A stretch of DNA of 64,000 nt from Bigelowiella natans CCMP2755 (taxonomy: Eukaryota > Protista > Cercozoa): assembly GCA_000320545.1 (NCBI GenBank), contig ADNK01000778.1, forward strand, positions 67,578 to 131,577, given 5' to 3'. The position numbers and the translations under genes are program-made. Positions 37,701 to 50,378 of the stretch are shown piece by piece. The stretch's first letter is position 1. Each line of letters starts with the position of its first letter. Below the pieces are notes generated by a model, which was not told the DNA's origin, made no database searches, and was given only the letters and a program-made list of their open reading frames with translations.

Positions 37701-40700
37701 TGGGATGCGATTGGAAGTGACTCATAGAAATAGCAGAGCTTTCATGGAGGTCTAGAAGGAAGAGAGACGAGAGGAGGATAACATCGGCGACGTCATCAAA
37801 GTTAGGATAATGTGGGAGCCAACAGCTATGTGATGGTTCAGCATTGTCGTAGTCTGCCAAGGACTAAACGCAAGTACACACACACTTTCACCACATACAC
37901 ACGCAGGTGCTTGTCGAGGGATCCTTCGTCCTCGTCGCAGTTGTTTTGGCTATGATTGTCGTATGTAAGGGCCAAATCCTCGCCCAGGATGATGCTGGGG
38001 ACATGATGCTGCTTCTTGCAAGTAAGTACTACTTATGTTGTCGTTGTTATTGTTGCCAAACGCGAACTTTCGTACTCTGCTCCTATATGTGATCGTAATC
38101 ATCACCACCACCATCATCATCACCATCATATTTCATAGGTATTGGACGCGACTTGGAAGAGGAGGTCTGGGAGGAATTCTTCGCTTGTGTTTACTTCTAC
38201 ATCGAAGTTACTGGGAACGAGATCAAGAAAATGAGTGCGTTGTTGATCTAGATTATTACCACCACATTTTACGCCACACTCACTAGCATCGTGATGGTCG
38301 TATGGCTTCATGTTTTTTGACATAATCATTATTATCATGGATGTTGTGATTTAATATCTTGCTGACCCTCAGGAGCTGAGTTGGCCGATAGCGTTCGCAA
38401 GGCGCAGAAGAAGCTCCTCGCCAAGTGCTTCATCGGTGTCGATATCCCACCGTCTGATGATGACGAGCATAACGACGACGAAGATGACCTGGACGACGAC
38501 GATGATGATGATGATGAGGCTGTATTAACACCAAGACACTCATCGTCCGGGACTTCATCTCCAAAAAGAATAAGGAGGAGGAGAATGGAGTCAGCGGATG
38601 TGTTGTTAAACTCGCCTTCTACCCCCCCGTTAGCAAATAGAGGGATCAGAGCGACGTCGCTGATGTTGCCGCCCTCTTCATCCAGCAAACGCCGCGCGCG
38701 CTCTTCGGATATGTCAAAGAATAGAAGCAGGGATGGTAGCAAAGGCGGCAGCGGTCAAAGGGGCAGGAGCAGCAGAAGCAGAGGGCTCGACTCAAGAATT
38801 AGCGCTTCTCGTTCGCGGTCGCGACGGCGTAGAAGGGAGAGAAAGCAAAGGTTAAAGCAGCAGAAACAACAGCAGAGGCGACAGCAGAAGTTGCCCCCTG
38901 ACCTTGCATGGATGAAGAAAGTTAAGCGCATCCCCGTAAGACACATGCAGGTTCTTGTTGGCATGGGATTCTCTCCGCCTGCTGTACAACGGGCGTGCGT
39001 GGAGACGTTGGGACAGCCCCTCCAGGCAAGATTACAGTGATGATGATGATGATGTTGATGTGTTGATGATGATGATAGTAGTAGTGCGCAAAAATGATAA
39101 TAATGATGATAATACAGCTGTGAAGAATAGAAAAGCAAAGGGCTAGAATCCCTATGACTCGTTGCATGTTGCTTGTAATGTATTAGCCATCCCTGTCTCT
39201 TGCTCGTTTTTATTCTTGCTCTCTCTTACCGACGGCTCATTCTCCGCACTCCACCCCTATGATGCATCTGCCTGCTTAGCCACGAACGACGATACCTGAT
39301 CATCACGATAATGAAAACATATTTTAGACTACACTAGACTGGCTTCTTAGGCACGTCACTGAAGCAAAAGGAGCGGTCATACAACAACGCTTTTTTGTTG
39401 CTAACAATCACTCACTTGGTGGTGCTATCGTCGTGTAGCTGTTCATTCTATTTTTCTTTCGGTAATATGTGTTCCATTTGTTGTGTTGCTTCATTATTGT
39501 GTTGGTGATGCTAATACCAGGAGGTCGCCCAACGGCTGTCAAAGGGCACAGATGAGAAGCTGGAGCGAAGTAGTAATAGTAGTAGTAGTAGTAGTAATAA
39601 TGATATTAGTAGCAGCAATTGAGCATTATTATTCGTGAGAACTCTTCGCACATTTGCAAAAATAAGATGGAATAAATCTAATCAACGCGAAACGACCTGC
39701 TCTCATCGATTTGCTCTTTCCTCTTCGTTCCGTCTGTTCAATGATCTCCTTTTCTTTCTTTCAGGCAAAAAAAAACAGCAAATGTTGAGTGTGAGGGTGC
39801 CTCCTGGAGTTGGCTCTGGGCAGTTGATTCAAGTACATAATATCTCCATCGACGGATCGCAGAAAGATCCACAATTCGCACAACCTGCACACACGCGCGC
39901 GTACACACATACATACATACAATACATAATGACAGCGAAATATGTGACTCGCCTATTACATTGTTTGCATGCGTGTGCTACGACTGCATTACGTGGCGTC
40001 CCTCTTGTCTCTCTGTCAGAAATACACCCATCATCGCTTGTAATTCTTGAATAATTCTCCGTGTAAGTAAGTATTATGATCGATCGGGGACATGATGGAT
40101 ATGCTCTGTGTATGAATTATGTTGAAATAATCAGGTTAAAACGCCATACGGAAGGCTTCTCCGGGTTCGCGTACCTCATGGTAGTATGATATAATTGAGA
40201 ACGAGTGGTGGTAGAGAATGCTGCTGGGAAATTGTTTTGCACCTGTGGTAGCAGCAGCAGCAGCAGCAGCTGTGCAGAAAATAGAGAAAGTTTTGATCAT
40301 AAAAGGGAGGAAGTATGGGTCGTAGCCGTCGATTTAGTGTTCTGCGTGCTCCTTATTCTCCTCTCACCCTCCGCTCCTCATACTGCTTTACCATTCTATA
40401 CAAATAAACACACATGAATACACGCACACCCATACACACATTGACAGGCTATCGATCTGGCATGCAGTTCTTAGTGGAGTACAATGATCGAAAGATTCCG
40501 TCGTCGGATGAGACTAAGGTAGTAATCAGCTGAGACTGTCCTGCCTTCCTTCATCCCAGTAGGAAGAAGGATGAGAAGGAGTAGTAGTTGTTGGAATAAG
40601 AAAGAAGAAGTGCGAGGATTGGCAAGAAAAGGAGACGATGACGAATAATGATGAGATAGTGAGAAAGAGAATGATGTCATATTTTCATTCATATCAGCGA

Positions 40701-41222
40701 AGGAAACCCGAGCGCAAATCCGGCGGTAAGCAATCAGAACATTATGTGATTCTTGAAGTACTGATGCTGCTGCTGCTGATGATGATGATGATGATAGTGA
40801 GAGACGATGATGATGATAATGATGATGATGATGATGATGAGGATAATGCCGTAGGTGCTAGTGAGCTGGAGGCAGGTGAAGGAGAAGGAGGAGGAAGAGG
40901 AGAGCTGAGACTGAAGTTTCGGGTTCCTGCCAACGCCAAGCCAGGACAAACAGTGTTTGTTAAGACACCAGAAGGGTGTGTTTCTACTCAAAGAAGAAGA
41001 GAATAGATTAAAGAAACAATTTAAGATGGTTTTGGGAGGGAGTGAGGGAGTGAGGGGGGGTCTATTAACACACACGGGGGGTCTATTAACACACACTTGA
41101 ATTCTTGCTTGCCTGCTAAAATTGAAATGACAAACTCTACTAAATGTTGTCACATATAGTACACACGTGTGCACACACACACACACACATACAAATATAT
41201 ATTTTATGGAAAATATATATAC

Positions 41223-41261
<39 letters not shown>

Positions 41262-41666
41262 CCGATGGATTCGTCGTTGTGTGTTCCCCCTTGTCCTCCT
41301 CATGCATCTGATCTGACCTATTATGGGCGTTGTTGCTATCATCACATACCCCCACATCGAAGGCAAAGACTGAAGGTGATACTACCGAAGTCAGCATACC
41401 CTGGGAAGCAACTCAAGGTTAACTATACACTCACATCGTCGCCTGCGCCATCGAATAGAACAAATAGATCGGTGGGAGAAGGTAAGCCAAAAGGGCAGCA
41501 GCAGCGCCCTTCCTCCGTCCCTCCTCGTTCTGCCCCCGCTCCTCCGTCAACGGAAAGGCGGGAGGTGTCCTGCCAGCAAAAACCCTTCGGCCTCAATATA
41601 GAAGGTGGCCACTAATACAGTAACACAACGCGTTTCTTGTCGTCCACTTCTTCATTAACAGTATTT

Positions 41667-41702
<36 letters not shown>

Positions 41703-43033
41703 GAAGCTACGTTACGTATCAGATGGCACGTTGATGGTCTCGAAGGTCAGAGGGATTGCAAAGCAGATGGGGGTATGTACTATAAAGATGTATTTTCCGA
41801 AAGGGGGGGGGAAAGTAACTTTGAGGGATAAAAGCACCATACCTCTCTAACTGATCTCTCGAAGTAATGTTGACCAATATCACCATATTATCATTATCAT
41901 CATTTTTTCATTTCTTTCTGGCGCAACATCTTCAGATCCAACCCGGAGACGTTATCGAAAGCATCGCTGGAAGCAAAGTTACGCCTTACTCTTGGAAGAA
42001 GGTCATATTAGTCCTAGCTCTTCGTGAGTGAAAGAGAGAGAGATGGGAAGAGGGAAGGAAGAAGCATTTGATGCCTCGCATAACTAAGGGATTCATAACA
42101 CTTCTGTTCTTGTCTAATTATTGTAACTGAGAATAAATGGTTCTTTGAACGAAGAAGATACATTCTCAAACAGATTTAGTTTTATTGGCTTTTATTGGCT
42201 TTCTATCGTCACCCCTCCCTCTTATGACTCCCCCCTCCTTCTCTTTTCAGGCATATATCGAGGCGATTTGTCCTTTCCCAATAGTCCTTGTGACTTCTAC
42301 TCAAAGAAGGCACAATAGTAGCAGTAGTAGCATCATCAACCATCGTGCCGTTGAAAATACAGGCGATTCTTCAACCTCTCGTCAATCACTACTACAACGA
42401 CGCAAAGTAACAGTGTGGAAGACCCCGTTTGGAATGACATGTAACCAGGTAAAATGTGTTGTCTGTCTGCTTACTTACTAGCAGCCAAATCCTTGTCGAT
42501 GATAAATAATACTTTGCATTCTTCATCTTACTATTGTTGTTGTTGCTCAAGGCTTATGGCAGTGCAGTGGTGGTGTCGAAGGTGGAGGGAGAGGCTGCTC
42601 GGTGCAATGTGTGTCCCGGAGATAGATTAGAAAAAATCGCCGGTCAACGTGTCCAACAAAATACGTGGAAAGAGATATTCGAGTCGGCCTGCAAGCAGCT
42701 GCCTTTCGAGATCGTGCTTCTCCCTGCTGCTGCCACTGCTAATGCAGCTAGTGCTACCACTCCTCCACCCTCGTCGTCGTCTTCGACTTCCACCCACGCT
42801 CCTATCCATCGCAAGCAGCAGCAACAACAACACAGATTACTACAATCAAGGACCTCTCCTATTGGTCAAGACGGAACGATATCCCTCAGCTTTGATGCCA
42901 CGAAGCCAATTGGCATCGAACTCAAAGAGTCAGTGCTAGTACTACTAGTAGTTGTTGAACTAATAGTAATACTTTTTATTGTTGTTGTTGCAAAATGAAC
43001 ACGATGAAATTTCATCTTCCACGCGATGATAGG

Positions 43034-43066
<33 letters not shown>

Positions 43067-44037
43067 AACTACAACTACTACTACAGCAATAGCTGTTGCC
43101 ACCATGAACATCACAGAAACCCATTTTCCACTCTGAATTCCGAATCGTTCGTCATTCTTGTGCATCACAATGAAGGTCCGATGGACGCTTACTGGTTCTC
43201 GGAACTGAGCCGGGAAAGCAAGCAGCAGGTCGCGTAAGCAACGGATGGCAGCTTCTCAGTATTGCAGGCGTATCTGTTAAGACGCAGCGGGAAGTAGGAG
43301 CTGTAATGCGGAAGCATAGGCGCCAAAACGCACCTCCAGTGCAGATGGTGTTCGATATTTGCTTGCCGGTATCGCGTAGAACTTCCATAGCTCCCCCAAA
43401 AGGCCCCCCACCCCCCAGTGCAAAGTGGGCCTCGGAGCTTGAGACACTGGTTGGTGTTGTGAGTGCATGTGAGGAGGGTAGATGTGCCGGACGAAAGCTT
43501 GGCTCTGTCTAATTACTGTTGTTGGTGTTCTTTGTCGCACCTGTCGCACGCATTCTTGTCTTAGACATGCAACATTGCTGTGGCGAGTAGCGTGGGAGTC
43601 TCTTCATCTCCTTTTTCCTTACCGAGATGCATGAATGCCATACCACTCAACAACGATGATATGTGCATGTTCAGGTGGATATGGGGCTCACAAATACCAG
43701 CGCAAACATCGTGGCTTTAGAGAAAACCAACGGGCAAATCAACGATGCAATTTCCATGTTACTTTCATCTGCTGATACCAAACGCTCAAGCAGTAGCGGT
43801 GGTGGAAAACGGAGCAGTGCTGATTCCGGCAGTTTTAGCTCTTCAAGGCCAGGACAAGGATCAGCGTCTTCGTCAAGAAGAGCTTCGAATGAAAATGATT
43901 ACCGTCACAAAATGGCCCAATTGCGTGGAATGGGATTCGACAATGATCGACAGGCTGCTGCAGCACTAGCAAGTGCAAATGGGGACGTAAATGCTGCATG
44001 TGCGATGCTGATTAGCGAACAAAGTGCAAAGAAGTAA
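34790..44037 (+). CDS. TBC-domain Rab-GAP with three UBA domains, two VP..PG repeat modules and three PDZ-like domains, multi-exon
   Basis: TBC motifs QIDKDIHRT, LRNVLRAFSIHHPKIGYCQSMNFVAG and EERTFW. UBA motifs LVGMGFS, LVDMGLTN and LRGMGFDND. PDZ-like motifs KPFGL..IQPGDVIESIAG, TPFGM..VCPGDRLEKIAG and KPIGI..GWQLLSIAG. Confidence 0.85.
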
Positions 44038-44039
44038 TG

Positions 44040-44720
44040 ACATCTTATGTCAAAAATCGATGCATCTTATTCCCATTGTAGCCATGCGAACATTGAATCA
44101 TTTGTGGCATTTGCTGTTTGCAATTGAGAACATTGCAAGTTGTCAAGAAAGACGAACACGCACGTGCACGCTGGCGCGTGCTGTTTGTGTTGTCTGGCTT
44201 CGATGACTTGGTGCGGCGAGGATGCGTGCCACGCCAGCACGTGCGTGCGTGCAGTGCACAAACGTGCATGCCACATTGCTGCAATGAGCGGCGCAGCTGC
44301 ACGCTAGCTGTGTGCGAACGTGTGTTGTTGCTGATGCCAACAACATTGCACGACGCTGTTTCATTGAACAGCAAATCGTTGCACGTGCAGAGCTGTCGTT
44401 GCATCGCACCGCTTTCGATTTTGCTTGTTGCTGTCTAGCTGTGTGTGTTGTTTCAAAACGGCACTTTGCTCCGAAACTGCATTTTGTGCAATGCTTGCTT
44501 GGTCATGATCCTCATCGTCGTCGCAAACCGATGCTTCTTCGGTGGTGTCGCACTCCTGGACTTGCAGGTTCAAGCACGAGGTGGTTGGCGATGGAACCTG
44601 TGATTTCCTGATTTCTCTGCTCGTACAACACATCTTAAATGAAAACGTGAAATACGCAATGCAATTGTGACGTGCGACAAGAAAGTTACACATCGTTGGT
44701 CTTCACGTGATAATGTTGCA
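44040..44720. other. RY-alternating spacer after the TBC gene stop codon
   Basis: cacgcacgtgcacgc, gcacgtgcgtgcgtgcagtgcac; starts immediately after the TAA. Confidence 0.7.
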
Positions 44721-45151
44721 TAGCACATTCAGAGCAATAGGAAGGAACCTGCTAGCTTTGTGGAGAGGCGATAGCGAAAGTGAAGGCTATTTTTTGACAA
44801 ACAGAAACGACACTTGCCTCAACAGAAAGTTATCAGCTTCTGGGTGGAAAATTGGTGGCACTGCTTTCGACTGAGTGCCCATTGAAATTTTGGGTGAGTT
44901 CAAGGAGTTTTGTGGGGACGACACGCGACAATCAAAGGCTTATCCAAACGTAATACCTGGATTTAAACGGCATGTGTTCATTCACATTTAACTTGATTGT
45001 ATCAGTCGTATAATAAAAACGTTCTGTACATTATGATTCTTTTGCTACCCAAATCGTTGAAATTCATCTGAAATCGCTGTTGAAGAAATCCTGATCAAAT
45101 CGGTACTCTCTGCAGCCCCTTTCGCCCCCAGAGAAGTGCCTTAGTTGGAAC

Positions 45152-46171
45152 ATGCGTACTTTGCTCATCCTCACCGTATTTACGGCTCAGGCCTATAGCG
45201 TACTGAATGCTCAGGCACAACATGCAGTTATCGCTGGAAGGCACGTAGGGAAATTTAAGACAAAAAAAGAGGCTGTAGTCATCGTAGGCGCTAGATTCGG
45301 TGAGGTTCCTCAAAGGACCATCGCCATGCTGGAGAAGCTAGATCGTGATCACTTCGCTCCGTTTTTATTCTATGACGGAGATGTAAGGAACATTACTGAT
45401 TGGCTTCCAAATACATCATTTCCACAACTCCCCATGCACCGCAGAAAAGAAATGACTTTCCTGAAACAAGCATATAGAAGATTTAGCGGCATGTGGAAGT
45501 GCCCATCAAAACCCTTTCAAACTCGATGGCTGGCATCGCAAAACGATTTTGATCGCGCATGGTTCATTGAAGAGGATGTTTACTTCAACGTAATACTAAT
45601 ACCCATTTACTCATGGTTTTCGTCCTGGCAGCACGCACAGCAACAGTCTCATTTGTTCTTTTTTGTTCGAATTAATAGGGCAACTGGAACAAATTTCTCA
45701 AAAGCTTACACAAACGACGACTCCGATCTACTTGCTTGTGGCTTCAGGTACAATACAAATAATCCTAGAAAAGATCCTTTAGTAGAGGCATGCGAAGTGT
45801 GCCATGGCAAACACGTTCATGGCTTGATCTCCATCCATCGCCTTTCGAAGAACTTGGCAAGGAAAACCATCAAGACACTACTTGCAAATAAAACCGGCCA
45901 CCATGAATACTTTATGCCAACTGTATGCTATCTCGATGGCGAATGTAACCTGAGGACGATTAGTAAAGATAAATGGATTGGGTCATTCCACTTCCGCCCC
46001 GCAATAGATCCTTCAAGCATGTATAAGGACAAACTCTACCATCCAGTGAAACACTGGATTGAAGCAGATCCAAAACTTGAGCTAGTTGAGGACTATGACG
46101 ATTTGAAGGAGGAAATAGAAAGGACATGGAAGTCAGAACCCATTCAGAAGATTCCTGCAGGATATGAATAG
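45152..46171 (+). CDS. Secreted/type II glycosyltransferase-like protein of unknown specificity; probable 89-nt intron plus a 1-nt frameshift
   Basis: Signal peptide MRTLLILTVFTAQAYS; acidic motif WFIEEDVYFN; SIHRLSK; GHHEYFMPTVC; LYHPVK near the C-terminus. Confidence 0.6.
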   Translation: MRTLLILTVFTAQAYSVLNAQAQHAVIAGRHVGKFKTKKEAVVIVGARFGEVPQRTIAMLEKLDRDHFAPFLFYDGDVRNITDWLPNTSFPQLPMHRRKEMTFLKQAYRRFSGMWKCPSKPFQTRWLASQNDFDRAWFIEEDVYFNVILIPIYSWFSSWQHAQQQSHLFFFVRINRATGTNFSKAYTNDDSDLLACGFRYNTNNPRKDPLVEACEVCHGKHVHGLISIHRLSKNLARKTIKTLLANKTGHHEYFMPTVCYLDGECNLRTISKDKWIGSFHFRPAIDPSSMYKDKLYHPVKHWIEADPKLELVEDYDDLKEEIERTWKSEPIQKIPAGYE

Positions 46172-46199
46172 ATCGTATCGTAAGCTGGTCATGTACGTG

Positions 46200-46770
46200 G
46201 TGTCGTTCGTGGATACTGACTACCGCACATCAATCTAAACACAGTGCTTTATAGCATCTAGCATAGGGCTCGCAATATTAAAGTATGCAAGGAAAAGTAG
46301 CGGCACAGGCCCAATAATGCTAATTCTGGAATTTTGGCACAGCGTCTATTATTTAAGCATTTTGTGTATCGTAAATGTCGTGCATATCGTAGTGTATGTA
46401 CATTTTTTTTTGCATCGGATCTCACATCGCAGCTAATGCAATTATTGCTTGTGTGGCACCGCACGCTTGCGTATTTGCAAGCACATGTCATAGAGATCCA
46501 TGCGATGTTGGTAAATGTTGTGAATCATCGACCAATTTTATAAATGCAATGTGTCATGGATTTAAGATGTTATATCAACATGCACGCTGCACAGCTAGTC
46601 GTCATGTAGCTGTAGTGCAACAATGCCGCCAATTGAGCAACGTTTAACAATTCTACATCATTGGTGTCATGTGCTAGCTAGCTACCGCTAGGCCGAAAGC
46701 GACACGACAACCACATGATCAGATAACTTTCTTCATCAAATGTTGCTTTCGCAGCACTACACGTTCGTGA
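46200..46770. other. RY-alternating spacer between the convergent GT-like and PP2C 3' ends
   Basis: gcacgcttgcgt, tgcacgctgcac and gctagctagc words. Confidence 0.6.
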
Positions 46771-46786
46771 TTATTCACAATAATTC

Positions 46787-49103
46787 TCAATCAAATCTAG
46801 CGACAACACATGTGATGTCATCATGGTAGGCCTTGTTTGTCTTGAGGTCCCACATCTTACGTGCTTCTTCAACCAGGGTTTCTCCTCCCTGCAACGCATA
46901 CGATTATTGTGATACACGGTAAACGATTCCAAGATTGGAATATCTAAACATCTTTCTCTATGGCAAACCTTCGAGATCTCGCCAAGATTACGGTAAAGAA
47001 TACGAGCAACTGTTGAATTGGAGAGCCACTCCCAAATACCTATGCAGCAGTGTGCGAAACAGAGATATTGGGAGTGTTTACAAGTGCTATGCGATATGCC
47101 TCCACATACATTTGCACGAGTTGCATGTACGCATGAACGTAGTACCGTCTGATGCCCACACAACGAATAAGTCGGAGCTGGTAAGTTCATGAGATTTGAA
47201 TTCAGGGATGGCTTTAAGACCTAAGATGATGATGATGATGATGATGATGATGATAACGACGCGAAAAACCTTCAAATAACTATTTTGAGATCAGTCGCAA
47301 TACCAATTCCTTCTCCCCAGAAGTCACCAACAGTGCGCGTAACAGCCAACCCAGGGAAATCAGCATATCGCGGAAGCACACGCATCGGTTGGTTCGGTCC
47401 AAGCTTGGCACACCTATTATTTCGTGTAGTGATTATCGATAATGCTTATAGAGCTATTCTCTTCTGATCTCTCACCTGCCTCCGGAGGTAATTATTCTCT
47501 CCCTCTCTGAAGGGTCAGTAGGCTTATGATCACGCGACAGGGGAAGCGAAGATAGGGTGCCTACCATACCACCGTCTCCCTCTTCTTTACCATCCTCATT
47601 TTTCTTCTTCTTTCTCATCACTTTACGAATCAGCACCGCGCGTGAGTCCCCGACGTTTGCGGTGTGGAGAACGTCGCCAACTCGCAGCGAAACGCACATC
47701 GTTGTTCCTGTTCATAGATAGCAGTTATGTGTTTGCTCTGCTGCTGCTGCTGCTGCTGCATCTGCGAAGCGTTGCACTTACATTCATATATCATAGTGGC
47801 GCGAACATGTCCAAAGCTCCATTCAGAGGGGAGGGGCGTCAATGTATGTACATAGTTGTGTGTGTGTGTGTGTTTATAATTTATCACCAGAAGTGCTGAC
47901 GTCGAATCTTGGCGTCTTGGATTTGTCCTGGGACTTGCCGTTTGCCTGCACTGTTTTGAGTTCCGCAATGACTCTGCTGATCATCTCCTTGATCAAAGGC
48001 TTCGGATCCACCTTCACAACAAACAAACAAACAACAACGGCACGCAGCAGCGTCCAACACCATCACAATCGAATTCAACGCAAAATGAAGTCAGTAGAAT
48101 GATATATCGGTCATCGATCTTCTTTCGACTCCAAACGAACGCCACGCTAATCTCTACTACTACTACTACTAATGATGATAATGATCATGACCATGATGAT
48201 AGTCTCACAGCAGCAGCAGAATGATAATTGCGTGGGTATAAATCTACCCTAAATTTCTGCTCTTTATCCGCCTTGACAAGATCCGCAAGAATGTCGGGGA
48301 GAAGGCTCTTGACGTACTCTGACACCTCGTGACCGTCATCGCCATGGCCATCAAGAACACCGAACATGTCCACGTCTTCCAGCCCAGCGATATTCCGAAT
48401 GATAATACCACGATCCTGTGAAACAACGAAATGATGACGACAACGACGACGATGACGACGATGATGATAATTGATGAATAACACGTGAAGCAGTAGTAGT
48501 AGTGGTAGTAGTAGGAAGTAGCGCTAATAGTAGAAGTCATTATAATCAGGAAGGAGGAGAGAAAAGAGTTCTCTCCTCCCTCCCTCCCTCCCTCCCTCCC
48601 TCCTCGATGATAAAAAAGCAATCCTTCGTTACCTGATTTCGCTTACGTTTGGTGGGGTCTGTCTTGTTTGCCATGAAGCCTGCACGCGTACACAGGGAGG
48701 TTGCGATGCCGCCATGTCCTTGTCCACCGCCTTCACCACCTCCATGACGCACAAAGATGTGAGCTGCTTCGATGAGTTTCAGCTGTCTCAACTGAGGCAA
48801 CATGATCTTCACTTTGGAGGCGTCTGGTGCTGCTGGTTGGAAGATGACCCCCGCGGTCATGATCTACAAACAATGGTATTATTCGGAAGCAAAGAGGCGT
48901 CTGTTAAGTCACGTAGAACGACAAGAGAGGAGTTATTGTTGAAGGGGGAACAGCGGCGGAACCAAGAAAATCTAGGCATCCTCTTCCTCCTCCTCCTCCT
49001 CCTCATAATCATCATATTCATCATGCAGCTATTGGCATAGCTGCGCTTCGCTCCAATCCTCCATTTTCACAAGCACGCCCTCCGGAAATAGTAATCTATA
49101 ACA

Positions 49104-49143
<40 letters not shown>

Positions 49144-50036
49144 GCATGAACCTTCTGTTCTGTGAGCCAGACCCACACCTCATCGGACTTCTTAAGCGAC
49201 GAAAGATCATCAGGTGTTTTCTTCAGCTTGACCAGATGCTCAACCTTGGCTTTGAATTCGTTGGTGCCGGACCTCGTGTTGATGGGCTTCACAAGTACCA
49301 TAGTCGAAGAGGAGGAACCTTTAGACTCCTCGTCGTTGCTTCCAGCGATTACTTCGCAGGGAGATGGACCAGCACTTGTCAGCTTGGAGTCTGAAATGAT
49401 GATGATTGAAGATGAGGATGATGATGATGATGATGGGGGTGATGAGGATGGGGATACGTGGGGGAGGCAGATAGATAATCGATATTGAAATTAACGATTT
49501 CACAATTGAATAATAATAATAGAAATTAAATGGGGAGGGGGAGGAAGCGGTGGAAAGTTTTTATTTCAGGCGGAGTTGATGCTGCAGTGGCAGCTGTACA
49601 TAAAGTTTGAAAATGACAGTTCAATATAGGAAGAACATGCACAGATCAACGTCTCATCACTGTCATCCTTTAGCTCCTCCTCTTTATCCTCTTCTCCCTT
49701 TTCTGTTCTTCTTACCGAATAAAACTTTATCTCCGACAGTGAAAGATTCTTGCTCCTCGATGTCCACTTGCTCCTCTCCCTCCTCCAACGCATCAGCAGC
49801 ATCTGCAGAAGTAGAAGTAGCAGTTCCACTGTCACCCTGCTGTTGCGATCCTGCTCCGCCTCCCTGCTGCTGCTTCTCCTCTTCCTTGGCCTTCTCCTCC
49901 TCACCTTCTCCCTTTTTCATCGTTTCGCTGGCAGTGTTTGCAGCTGCTGCTGCTTGTTGGGCTCCCCCTTCCACAGCCCTGCTATGTCGCATAATGATAC
50001 GAATTAGGAACAAGAAGAGACTCTATATCTGGGAGT

Positions 50037-50069
<33 letters not shown>

Positions 50070-50345
50070 CCAGAGGAGGTGATGTTGCTGGTGATTTAAG
50101 GGTTGTTATTACATTTGCGAGGCCTGCTCCTCAGGTATGTTCATTCGAATGTACGCACGCTCTAGCTTCTCCTCGTTGCCGTAGCCTGAGTACTTTACCA
50201 GGTACCTTGGAGGAAAGAATACGGAAGAGGGGGAAGGAGGGGAGAGGTATGACGAGCACGGCTTTAAAAAGGTGGTGGTTCCTCAGATACACCAATCGAG
50301 ATCAGTAGAAGGTGATGAGGGTTGATGCTGATGTAATTACGTGAA

Positions 50346-50378
<33 letters not shown>

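Noticed and set aside
41056-41097. Direct repeat of about 20 bp (gggggtctattaacacacac) in a TBC intron
   Set aside because: A simple local slippage duplication with no other copies seen.
44040-44720. RY blocks as simple CpG-decayed (methylated or RIP-like) transposon relics, or as Cys/His-rich small genes
   Set aside because: CpG-containing words (cacgtg, gcgc, tgcgtg) remain abundant, and no terminal repeats, TSDs or transposase/RT remnants are visible. The ORFs follow from composition. Not fully excluded without counts.
49607-50308. 233-aa plus-strand ORF and the many poly-S/I/V/CV/RE ORFs in the track
   Set aside because: Translations of microsatellites or antisense to real exons.
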